From Candidatus Saccharimonadales bacterium (lineage in GTDB: Bacteria; Patescibacteriota; Saccharimonadia; Saccharimonadales; JBBQAJ01), in NCBI GenBank assembly GCA_038316195.1, contig JBBQAJ010000001.1, forward strand, positions 92,882-156,881: a stretch of 64,000 nucleotides of DNA, in the 5' to 3' direction. A program made the translations under genes and the position numbers. How positions within the stretch are numbered: position 1 is the stretch's first letter; every line of letters starts with the position of its first letter. This document shows positions 28,826 through 37,758 of this stretch, piece after piece. The notes beneath the pieces were generated by a model that saw only the letters and a list, made by a program, of their open reading frames with translations, did no database searches and was not told the DNA's origin.

Positions 28826-29795
28826 CGGTATTTCGATCTAGACCGATAGAATTTTGATAATCTACAACAAACAATGGTCTATGCTTGCTTTGGCTTTGGA
28901 TTGATGCAACATATAAAGCTAGAATGCCTTGCGATAATAAAACAATACCTATTAGAAACATCAGAAGAATACTTAACATAGCAGTACCAGTAAAGTTCCA
29001 TCGCCATGGATCATTCAAAAGTAGCTGCTCAATGAATATACTCACTCCAAGTAGTAAAGCCGTAACAGTAATGAGAAAACCTAAATAACCAAATAGGTAA
29101 AGCGGCAGCGACGTTAAAGAAACAAAACTATGTATAGCAAGTTTAACAAGCTTACGGGGTCCATATCCAGGCAAGCCATTTTCTCTGGGTTTGGCTGTAA
29201 AATTAATATACTCCCTTTGAAAACCAAGCCAGTCGATTAGTCCTCGAGTAATACGATCACTTTCCCTAAGCATAAGAAAGGCTTCCTGAACTTCGCGGTC
29301 AATTAGTCTAAAATCACTTGAACCCGGTATGAGTTTCTCGTTTGTCATTTTATTAAATAAATTATAAAAGAAACGAGATCCCCATCGCTTCAACCAACCT
29401 TCTTTGTCATTGCTTTTTCTAACTCCAACAACTACTTGTGCACCGTTTTTCCAAGCTTCTATAAATTGGGGTATAAGCTCCACGGGATGTTGACCGTCCC
29501 CATCTAGCATAATTATAGCATTGCCCTTGGCTATAGTAATACCAGCCAAAAGAGCACTTTCTTTACCAAAATTACGTGACAATCGGATTAGTTTTACATG
29601 CTGATTAGCAATATGCAATTTATTGACCTGTTGAACGGTATCATCCAAACTACCATCGTCGCAATAAATTAACTCATAATATCCGTGTGCTGTTTTTTCC
29701 ATTACATTTGTGAGTGATGTATGAAAATTCTCGAGTCCGGTCCCTTCGTTAAAAACGGGCACCACAAGTGAAAACAAGCTATGTTGCGACTTCAT
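28812..29795 (-). CDS. GT2 polyprenyl-phosphate glycosyltransferase (GtrB/ArnC/CsbB/DPM1-like)
   Basis: 327 aa with VVPVFNEG, YCDDGSLDDT and LDGDGQHP, plus two C-terminal TM helices as in the lipid-carrier-charging GT2 enzymes. Confidence 0.85.
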   Translation of the reverse strand: MKSQHSLFSLVVPVFNEGTGLENFHTSLTNVMEKTAHGYYELIYCDDGSLDDTVQQVNKLHIANQHVKLIRLSRNFGKESALLAGITIAKGNAIIMLDGDGQHPVELIPQFIEAWKNGAQVVVGVRKSNDKEGWLKRWGSRFFYNLFNKMTNEKLIPGSSDFRLIDREVQEAFLMLRESDRITRGLIDWLGFQREYINFTAKPRENGLPGYGPRKLVKLAIHSFVSLTSLPLYLFGYLGFLITVTALLLGVSIFIEQLLLNDPWRWNFTGTAMLSILLMFLIGIVLLSQGILALYVASIQSQSKHRPLFVVDYQNSIGLDRNTDAKQ

Positions 29796-30105
29796 TTTAA
29801 ATATCCTTCTTCATGTAATTATATAGGATATATAGCAGTAATGTATAATCTTCAAGTATTTAGGCACTTTGTCTAGGCCGTCCAGATCGTAAAAACACTT
29901 TAGCTTTTATTCACTCTCGTTTATTGGATATTTTTATTTCTTTCGTCAAATATATATTACCTATTAAGATTTTATGAGATTCTGAATCTTTATCAGCAAT
30001 TGATTCCACAAAATGAGAAAAGTTTAAAAGAAAGAATGCATTACTGATACTCGTATTTTTGGAATTTGCAATAGTCAACCATTCACAGCAGGTCGTTATT
30101 TACCC

Positions 30106-30134
30106 AACGATTAGCTACGCTATCGTTTTTTTTA
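30106..30134 (+). terminator. orphan intrinsic terminator inside a divergent intergenic region
   Basis: AACGAT(T)AGC-TAC-GCTATCGTT followed by TTTTTTT. The stem is 9 bp with a 1-nt bulge. No annotated plus-strand gene lies upstream of it. Confidence 0.45.
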
Positions 30135-30312
30135 CACGGCCAATTCACCCAATTAAATACTTGCATCACGATACCTAGTCAGTTTTTTTAGGTGTTTCTA
30201 CATAATGCACCATTTGCTTATGTTGCAAACAAGTAAAGTTTACTTTTTATACGCCTTATTGATTTTGGGTATATAATAAATGCATAAGCTTACTTTAAAA
30301 AAAGGACATATT

Positions 30313-31698
30313 ATGAAGAATAAATTATTCGGACTCTTCAAGCCCTTAATGATACAAAAAGTTCCTAAATTTGGTAATAGTTTCTTGTATTCTCTTGGTT
30401 TTTTGTCAATGATTAGCTTCGTGCTGCTTATTTTTACGGGCGTAGTTATGTCACTATATGGTGCAAATTGGTGGCTACTAAATGGTGTTGGAAAATATTT
30501 TCGTTCAGTGCATCTCTGGTCTACGCAAGCTTTTGTACTATTTATAATTCTCCATTTGTTTGTTGTATTCATGACTGGCGCATACAAACGCCCAAGACGA
30601 TCTACATGGATACTTGGCGTGCTCATGATGATTTTTGCCCTTATAGAAACTGAGTTTGGCTACGTATTACGTGGCGACTTTTCTGCACAATGGCGCAGTT
30701 TACAAGGAGCTGATTTTTATAATGGTGGAGGTATGGGACGTGTAATAGACGCGCTGAATTATAAGCAAATTTATGGCATCCACGTAACAATAATACCCTT
30801 AACGTTGCTTGCTATTTTGGTTGGTCATTACATTTTAGTTCGATTACGTGGCATAGCCAATCATCCCAGAAAAGGAGTTGCAGCAAAAGTAGTGCCAGCA
30901 AATCATCGTCTATTGTTTACAAGAGGATTTAGTCTAATCTTAATGGTATTGTTCTTGTCAATACTTTTACCATCACCGTACATTAAGCCAATAACTTTAA
31001 AAGAAGTTGCAGAAACTGATCCAAGCCTTTTTGCTAAAACACTGGTTGCAGAATTCAATAAATCTTCAGATACTGCAGGATATATGGACAATATCGACCC
31101 ATACACTTACGATCTTTCATCTATTTATATCGAACAGCCGTATGATGCACTACATTCAGTTCAGGAAGACTCGCCAAATTTATTTCAAAACTTTAAACAA
31201 CTTCCTATAAAGACTCAAGAAGCTCAACTGAAAGAACTTGAAGATTATTACAGTGCAGCTTCAATCGATGAGAATGCTATTCCAAAAAGTGAAGCCGCTG
31301 ACGTTGTTATCGCCCTTACGAATATGGCAAAAGCAGGTTATTATCAATCATTCCTAGCTTCAACGAATGACCAAAATCACCCAGGAAATACCACTACCTA
31401 CATAACCAGATTTTTAGCTGACACGGGAGTTATTGAAGATAAAGCAACTAAGTTAACATTAACAACTGAACAATACGGCATGATCCGTGAAGAATCAGGC
31501 AAAACTCCTGGTGCATGGTGGTTATCACCTATCGGCCTTCTTAACCATACCGTTTTGTCTGGTGACGAAAATGGGGATCGCGATGCTGCAATTATTTTTG
31601 GTTTGCTATTTCTCAGCATGTTGGCTTTTCCTTTTATCCCTTGGGTTCAAGACATTCCTGACAAACTTCACTTCTATAAACCTTTTCAACGCAAATAA
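30313..31698 (+). CDS. cytochrome b6/b N-terminal-domain protein with long non-canonical C-terminal region
   Basis: Start moved to the ATG at 30313 (SD AAAGGA 6 nt upstream); the track start is 30280. The di-haem four-helix core is FRSVHLWSTQAFVLFIILHLFVVFMTGAYKRPRRSTWILGVLMM..GYVLRGD and HVTIIPLTLLAILVGHYILV. After it come one TM, about 200 aa of unrecognised sequence, and a final TM. No CxxCH motif. Confidence 0.75.
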   Translation: MKNKLFGLFKPLMIQKVPKFGNSFLYSLGFLSMISFVLLIFTGVVMSLYGANWWLLNGVGKYFRSVHLWSTQAFVLFIILHLFVVFMTGAYKRPRRSTWILGVLMMIFALIETEFGYVLRGDFSAQWRSLQGADFYNGGGMGRVIDALNYKQIYGIHVTIIPLTLLAILVGHYILVRLRGIANHPRKGVAAKVVPANHRLLFTRGFSLILMVLFLSILLPSPYIKPITLKEVAETDPSLFAKTLVAEFNKSSDTAGYMDNIDPYTYDLSSIYIEQPYDALHSVQEDSPNLFQNFKQLPIKTQEAQLKELEDYYSAASIDENAIPKSEAADVVIALTNMAKAGYYQSFLASTNDQNHPGNTTTYITRFLADTGVIEDKATKLTLTTEQYGMIREESGKTPGAWWLSPIGLLNHTVLSGDENGDRDAAIIFGLLFLSMLAFPFIPWVQDIPDKLHFYKPFQRK

Positions 31699-31812
31699 TT
31701 TAATATAATAAAACCTGGCTTAGATCTATTTAGCAAGTGTGCAGTTCCTAAATGACCATTATTTAGGAAGCAGTTCCTGTTAATAAAAACGCGTATTTAG
31801 AAATTTAAAACT

Positions 31813-33141
31813 TTAATTGCAGGGTGGTAGGTTGATGAAATTGGGGGTGTTGCCGGAGCCACAATACGTATCTGAGTGTGCATCGAAATTAAGCGTATCT
31901 TTGGCCCCTTCGGCAATATTGTTATTGATTTTAATGTTGCTAGAGTGATAAAGTTGCATAAAAAAGGCATTTGGCTGACCTGTTATACCACGACTTTCGA
32001 TTGTAATATGGTTGCCCTCGACAGTGACATCATTGAAACCATTTATTTGCAAGGCACCTCCACTGTTTGGCTTGTCTGAAGTGTTATTGACGATTTTTAA
32101 CGGTCCGATTCGCGAACCCGTATAGCCTTCGAAGACCATACTAAACCTCCTGTGTACGCGATTATTAGAGAACACGAAATTCTTAAATTCAGCACTGCCA
32201 CCACCCTCAGAAACGAGTAGCTGACTAGCTTCACCAATGTCGTTATCGTCGATAGTAACATTATTTGCACCACCACGTCCTGTGCCATAGGGTTCAAAGT
32301 CGAAGTTTTCACGATGATTATTCTCTATGGTATTTCGAGTTATTAGCACGTCACTGGTCGCCAAAAAACCGACGCCATGCCTACCAGTCTGATGACATAC
32401 GCTATTTTGTATTGTGATGTATTGACTAAGGTGATTTGTAATGCCATACATGTTACCGGAGTTTAGATAAAAGCAATCGCCCCAGACATTACCAATCTTT
32501 AGATTATCAAAAGTTCCGTGTACAACGCCGTAAATGCCAAAAGCATGCTGACCTTCCAGGCCAGAGTTATAACCTTCAGAGTCCAGCTTTGGGCCTGTGA
32601 TATTTAGATCGCTAACATCAATGAAGTCAGAGCGAGCAATACGAATGTGCATATGGTTGCCAATACCTGTATTACCTTGACGAACCGTTCGACGGAAGGT
32701 GGCGTTATTGCCCTGTATTTTGAAATGCGACTTATCGAGTATGTCGATTTGGTCTTCTGTCAGGTAGCAAGCATCTTTTTTGAGTACAACTATTGTGTTT
32801 TTGGGCAGAGAAGCTAACCAAATATTTAGATCTGGTGCAACATCGACCGAACAATCGCTCACAATCTCTGGTGGTGGTGTGACAGTATTTAGCTTTTCAC
32901 CACCAAAAGTTATGAATCCACCGCCACTTGAACTAGAGTCACTAGAAAATGATACATTACCATTTAAGTCTGCCGATTTTGGGTCAATTAATGCACTCGG
33001 TGAAGTCGCTTTGGAAATAGTAAGAACTGCCACCCCCACTATAGCAAAAACTATTACATAAATTATCGCAGAACGTAATTCAATTAGTCGCTTCAGTTTT
33101 TTGACTTTTTTCATAGTGTCGCCCTTTAAAAGCTTAATCAT
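31813..33141 (-). CDS. secreted right-handed parallel beta-helix repeat protein
   Basis: 442 aa with repeated N/G/I-rich beta-helix turns (ITIQNSVCHQTGRHGVGF, VTIDDNDIG, VTVEGNHITI). Carries the shared N-terminal leader module. Alternative start at 33114. Confidence 0.65.
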   Translation of the reverse strand: MIKLLKGDTMKKVKKLKRLIELRSAIIYVIVFAIVGVAVLTISKATSPSALIDPKSADLNGNVSFSSDSSSSGGGFITFGGEKLNTVTPPPEIVSDCSVDVAPDLNIWLASLPKNTIVVLKKDACYLTEDQIDILDKSHFKIQGNNATFRRTVRQGNTGIGNHMHIRIARSDFIDVSDLNITGPKLDSEGYNSGLEGQHAFGIYGVVHGTFDNLKIGNVWGDCFYLNSGNMYGITNHLSQYITIQNSVCHQTGRHGVGFLATSDVLITRNTIENNHRENFDFEPYGTGRGGANNVTIDDNDIGEASQLLVSEGGGSAEFKNFVFSNNRVHRRFSMVFEGYTGSRIGPLKIVNNTSDKPNSGGALQINGFNDVTVEGNHITIESRGITGQPNAFFMQLYHSSNIKINNNIAEGAKDTLNFDAHSDTYCGSGNTPNFINLPPCN

Positions 33142-33192
33142 TATGATTCATTATAACTTGTATTAAGCTGATAAATGCACAAACGATTTTTG

Positions 33193-33885
33193 TTAAAAAT
33201 TTGTGACAGTAAATGTGCCCGTTGTTTCTGGATGTAAATGATCATGGAATTTTATCGTGCCTGGTTCAGATAGAGTGATTGTCTTTCCATAGCCTTTTCT
33301 TACAATAAGATCCATTACACCTGCATAAACATCATGCTGTGGGTGTTTTCCAAATGCTATGTCTTTTTGCTCTTTATCATCGTTAATAAACGTCAGGGTG
33401 TCACATTTGCTGGCAATGGTAAGTTTTGGAGTTACTTGGTTGTCCTTAATCGTAACCTGGTAGTTGTTAAACTGCCCCCTACAAACGCCAGTGTTCTGAC
33501 CGTTTATTTGATAAATACTTTCGCCACCTAAAAGCCTTTTAGTCTGATCAGATGGTGACATATTGTAATGCAAGTTGTTAATTATCATAATAGAGCCACC
33601 AACTACTACCAAAATAATTCCTACAGTTGATATAAAAAAGAACAAATTCCATTTCGGTTTAGGTCCCCTGCCTAAATGTATGAAAAAAGTCAGTTGAACT
33701 ACCATTTGTAAAACTGCAAATCCCAGAATAGTTAATAGAAGTGCTGTGCCTGAAATTGTTAAGTTTACCACCAAATAATAAGGAATTAAGGTAAATACTA
33801 ATGACAAAATAAACCCAATAGTATAGGCTGTCATATTCCCGTGTTCTTGATCTTTAATGACCACTGGGTTATGTATTTTACTCAT
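33193..33885 (-). CDS. cyoD: cytochrome o quinol oxidase subunit IV (CyoD) fused to a C-terminal cupredoxin-like domain
   Basis: Start set at ATG 33885, an ATGA overlap with the cyoC stop; the track ORF runs upstream to 33948. Three TM helices of CyoD type are followed by ~105 aa: YQVTIKDNQVTPKLTIASKCDTLTFINDD..GKHPQHD..GTIKFHDHLHPETTGTFTV. Confidence 0.75.
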   Translation of the reverse strand: MSKIHNPVVIKDQEHGNMTAYTIGFILSLVFTLIPYYLVVNLTISGTALLLTILGFAVLQMVVQLTFFIHLGRGPKPKWNLFFFISTVGIILVVVGGSIMIINNLHYNMSPSDQTKRLLGGESIYQINGQNTGVCRGQFNNYQVTIKDNQVTPKLTIASKCDTLTFINDDKEQKDIAFGKHPQHDVYAGVMDLIVRKGYGKTITLSEPGTIKFHDHLHPETTGTFTVTNF

Positions 33886-34475
33886 ACGAATGCTCGCAAA
33901 TATACAATTGTAAAAATAAATATCCAAACAATGTCCAGAAAGTGCCAAAATAGACTTAACATAGCTAATTTACGCACCATGTTATTATTGAGCCCACGTT
34001 TCAAGACATATATTAAAGTAATGGCCATCCATAGCAGTCCAGAAGTTATATGCAAACCATGCGTACCCACTAACGTGAAGAACGACGACAAGAATGCATT
34101 TGATTGCAATGTGTGGCCTTCTCGAATAAATTGTGAAAACTCACGTAACTCCAAACTCAGGAAAGTTAATCCAAGGGTAAATGTAATTCCAAACCATACT
34201 AGTGTTTGAACTTTGTTTCTTCGACGAACAGCTATCATTGCAATTCCACAAGTAAAACTGCTCGTTAGGAGTATCAAAGTTTCCGTAAGTGCGAGAGGGA
34301 GGCTAAAAAGCTCACGACCAGTATCTCCCCCGAGAGTACTACCATGCAAAACTGAATAAACGGCAAATAAAACAGCAAACATCAAAAGATCAGTCATCAG
34401 ATATATCCAAAAACCAAACATTGTCCTATCTGTAGCTTCTTCTTCGTGATGGTTTAAGTTGTGATCACTTACCAT
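33882..34475 (-). CDS. cyoC: cytochrome o quinol oxidase subunit III
   Basis: 197 aa, 5 TM, with FGFWIYLMTDLLMFAVLF and WHFLDIVWIFIFT. Confidence 0.9.
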   Translation of the reverse strand: MVSDHNLNHHEEEATDRTMFGFWIYLMTDLLMFAVLFAVYSVLHGSTLGGDTGRELFSLPLALTETLILLTSSFTCGIAMIAVRRRNKVQTLVWFGITFTLGLTFLSLELREFSQFIREGHTLQSNAFLSSFFTLVGTHGLHITSGLLWMAITLIYVLKRGLNNNMVRKLAMLSLFWHFLDIVWIFIFTIVYLRAFV

Positions 34476-36559
34476 TTACGCCACCGTTTTTGCCTAACAA
34501 TATTTAACAAAAATTTATACACGATCGCGATCAACTCCCTTAGACCCATGTCTTCTTCGTCTGGATTTACTTTCTTGGAAAATTCTGCTTTGTCTTTATC
34601 GAGCCTAGCTTCTTCAAGTTTTTTTACTTCAGCAGCTGGAATTATATATTCAGTTTTTTCATCAAATGTTCGCCTTACAAACACTACAAGTATGCCAAAA
34701 AAAGATACTAAAGCTAGCCAATTTATTTCCCAAACAAAAGCAAATCCAACTAGAAAAGCAAAAATAGCTATATATATTCCCGCTGCAGTATTTACCGGCA
34801 TGTGGATGTCTTCATAAGTTGTTTTTGGTAGTCCGTGACGTTTCATTTCCCAAAATGCATCTCGAGTAGTTACTTTTGGAATAGATGTAAAGTTATAAAA
34901 CTGTGGAGAAGATACAGTTGCCCATTCAAGCGTCCTTCCACCCCATGGGTCACCAGTAGTATCACGAAGTCGATTTTTTTGAATAAAACTTGCTAGTATT
35001 TGCGCAAGCTGCAAAGCAACCCCAATCATAATTACGATCCCACCTAATAGCATAGTCACAAATAACGGCTGCCATCCAGTAGAAGCATCATAATGATCAA
35101 GTCTTCTTGTAGCCCCCATAAATCCTAATACATACATTGGAATGAATGACATACAAAATCCAATTATCCAACACCAAAAAGCATACCGGCCTATTCTTTC
35201 ATTTAATTTAACTCCTGTAAATTTGGGAAACCAGTATGAAATCGCACAGAAAATGCCAAACAAAACACCCCCAATCACTGTTGAGTGAAAGTGTGCAACA
35301 AGGAACAAACTATTGTGAAGCTGAAAATCAATAGGTGGAACTGCCAACATTATTCCGGTAATACCTCCGATTGCAAACACTGATACAAATCCTAGAAACC
35401 ACAACATTGGAGTTTTAAAAATTATCTTCCCTTTGTGCATAGTCGCAATCCAGTTGAAAACTAGAACAGTAGTTGGTATGGCAATCAACATAGTCATAGC
35501 TCCAAAAAACGCGTTTATATCTGCTCCTGCACCCATCGTGAAAAAGTGATGTAACCAAACTGAAAGCGCTAATACAGAAACGCCTATCATCCCCAAAACT
35601 GCTGAAGTGTAACTGGCGATAGATTTACGACTAAATGTAGAAACAACTTCTGAAAATACACCAAAAGCTGGCAGAATCAAAACGTACACTTCAGGATGAC
35701 CCCACATCCATATTAGATTTGTATATATCATCTGATTGCCACCTCCGAATGTTGTAAAGAAATTCGTTCCAAGATAACGATCAAAGAACAATAAGAATAG
35801 AGTTGCCGTTAGGAGTGGAAATACAGTAACAGCCATAATCATGCTACACAGCGATCCCCAAGTAAATAATGGCATTTTTTTCAGACTCATCCCTGGTGCC
35901 CGCATTTTGAGAATAGTCATGATAAAATTAATAGCCCCAAGAGTTGTTCCTATTCCAGATATTTGTAGACTCCATATCCAATAATCCACCCCAACTCCTG
36001 GACTAAATGCTTTTTCGGAAAGTGGCGCAACGGCCAACCAGCCTGTTGCTGCGTACTCACCACCAAATAGGAAGAACATGTTTACCATCAGAACACCTGC
36101 TACAAATAACCAAAAACCAAGTGTGTTTAAAAATGGAGATGCGAGGTCTCGAGCACCTATCTGAAGAGGTACAATATAATTAATGAGTCCAAATATGAAA
36201 GCCATTGCAACAAAGAAGACCATAATGTTTCCATGGGCAGTAAAAATTTGCTGAAAATGATCAGCCGATAGATATCCATGAGATGCTCCCGAGGACAGTG
36301 ATTGTTGTAGCCAGATCATGATTGCATCTAAGCCACCCCTCAAGAGCATAACGCCACCTACAATAAAGTACATAATGCCGATCTTTTTAGGATCGACAGA
36401 AGTTAACCATTCATTCCACAGCCATTTCCAACGTTTCGTTCGGGTTAGAACAATTATCACAATTAAAGCTAGTGCGAAAAACGCTGCAGAACCACCAATC
36501 GTAAACCATTCATGTGGTAACGAGTGTAAATCTAATTTTCCGAGAAGCAGTCTTTTCAT
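34469..36559 (-). CDS. cyoB: haem-copper quinol oxidase subunit I
   Basis: 696 aa with GHPEVYVLILPAFG, WLHHFFTMG and FLVAHFHSTVIGG. Overlaps cyoA (ATGA) and cyoC (7 nt). Confidence 0.95.
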   Translation of the reverse strand: MKRLLLGKLDLHSLPHEWFTIGGSAAFFALALIVIIVLTRTKRWKWLWNEWLTSVDPKKIGIMYFIVGGVMLLRGGLDAIMIWLQQSLSSGASHGYLSADHFQQIFTAHGNIMVFFVAMAFIFGLINYIVPLQIGARDLASPFLNTLGFWLFVAGVLMVNMFFLFGGEYAATGWLAVAPLSEKAFSPGVGVDYWIWSLQISGIGTTLGAINFIMTILKMRAPGMSLKKMPLFTWGSLCSMIMAVTVFPLLTATLFLLFFDRYLGTNFFTTFGGGNQMIYTNLIWMWGHPEVYVLILPAFGVFSEVVSTFSRKSIASYTSAVLGMIGVSVLALSVWLHHFFTMGAGADINAFFGAMTMLIAIPTTVLVFNWIATMHKGKIIFKTPMLWFLGFVSVFAIGGITGIMLAVPPIDFQLHNSLFLVAHFHSTVIGGVLFGIFCAISYWFPKFTGVKLNERIGRYAFWCWIIGFCMSFIPMYVLGFMGATRRLDHYDASTGWQPLFVTMLLGGIVIMIGVALQLAQILASFIQKNRLRDTTGDPWGGRTLEWATVSSPQFYNFTSIPKVTTRDAFWEMKRHGLPKTTYEDIHMPVNTAAGIYIAIFAFLVGFAFVWEINWLALVSFFGILVVFVRRTFDEKTEYIIPAAEVKKLEEARLDKDKAEFSKKVNPDEEDMGLRELIAIVYKFLLNIVRQKRWRKW

Positions 36560-37464
36560 TCGTTGTGTCCATGGCCACCCGACGGCCCCAAATACTTACC
36601 TACAACTTTATCATATAAGCTTGAGTCGAATGCAGAGAAATATTCAGCCTGGTTGTATTCACTGGGCTTTAAAATACTTTCATATTTTGTGCTATTTAAA
36701 ACGTCAGGAGATTGTTTTACTTGATCCACCCATACTTTAAAATCCTCAGCGCCACTTACCCTAGTAACGAATTTCATACCAGCAAAACCTGCTCCATTTA
36801 TTTCAGCAGCGCTACCTGGGTAATCTCCGGGAGTATCCGCTATCAAATTGAGTGGGTTGACATGACTCGTCATTGAATATAGTTGACCACCAAGATTTGG
36901 AATCCAAAACGAACTCATTGGTACCTCATCAGCTGTAAGTTCAAATCTTACTGGTGTGTCAACAGGAATTTGAACAAAATTAACGGTTGCAATATTTTGC
37001 TCTGGATAAATAAACAACCATTTCCATCGCAATGTTACAACCTGTATTGTTATGGGTTTGACACTTGATGTAATAGTTTTTTGGGGTGCCAATTTGTGCG
37101 TGGCATCCCACATTCCGACTCCTAATGAAAAAATTACTATAGCTGGAAACAACCACATAATAAAAACAAATAATTTGCTGCTTTGAGCGTTAGGCGAATG
37201 AACTGCTTTTAAGTTTGTTTCTCTATATTTCCAAGCAGTAAAATAAAGCATAAAAAGTGTGGGAATGGCAACCATTAGCAATGTAACTACAATCAACATT
37301 ATTAAACCATGCTGTTGTCTAGCAATTAGCCCTTTTGGATTAAATAATGCAATATTTTTGCCGTCTACAAAGTGCCTGATCAATAAAGCCAGGTCAACTA
37401 ACCCCGCAAAAACAATCAAAATAATCCAAATTGGATGATTTTTTGATCTAACGATCTTTGCCAC
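36556..37464 (-). CDS. cyoA: quinol oxidase subunit II (no CuA site)
   Basis: 302 aa, GTG start, two TM helices plus a cupredoxin domain. The CuA ligand positions are replaced (SAAEINGAGFAGMKF instead of CSELCG..H..M), as in quinol oxidases. Confidence 0.9.
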   Translation of the reverse strand: MAKIVRSKNHPIWIILIVFAGLVDLALLIRHFVDGKNIALFNPKGLIARQQHGLIMLIVVTLLMVAIPTLFMLYFTAWKYRETNLKAVHSPNAQSSKLFVFIMWLFPAIVIFSLGVGMWDATHKLAPQKTITSSVKPITIQVVTLRWKWLFIYPEQNIATVNFVQIPVDTPVRFELTADEVPMSSFWIPNLGGQLYSMTSHVNPLNLIADTPGDYPGSAAEINGAGFAGMKFVTRVSGAEDFKVWVDQVKQSPDVLNSTKYESILKPSEYNQAEYFSAFDSSLYDKVVGKYLGPSGGHGHNE

Positions 37465-37758
37465 TAAATATGTCCCATCATAAAGTAACCATTAACATAA
37501 TAATAACTATATCATGACCCCCTATTGAAATGATAAACTCATTTGTATTTTTTTAGATACAACCTTAGCTACATTTCAGACCATCAGGATTTGCTTTTTC
37601 ATGTTGCTATAAATATGAAGCAAACAATGGCTAGTATGACTGCACCTCTTGAATTCCTTCGTTTTGAAATTATTGGCACATTTGTGGGAACGTTTTCCTG
37701 GAGAAACATATCATCTCCTATGGTTTTATCAACGGATAAAATTACTTTAATGGTTGGC

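Noticed and set aside
30240-30626. 128-aa minus-strand ORF and the track start at 30280 for the cytochrome b-like gene
   Set aside because: The minus ORF is antisense to the conserved cytochrome b core. The ATG at 30280 sits directly after a TATAAT box with no SD, whereas the ATG at 30313 has AAAGGA 6 nt upstream.
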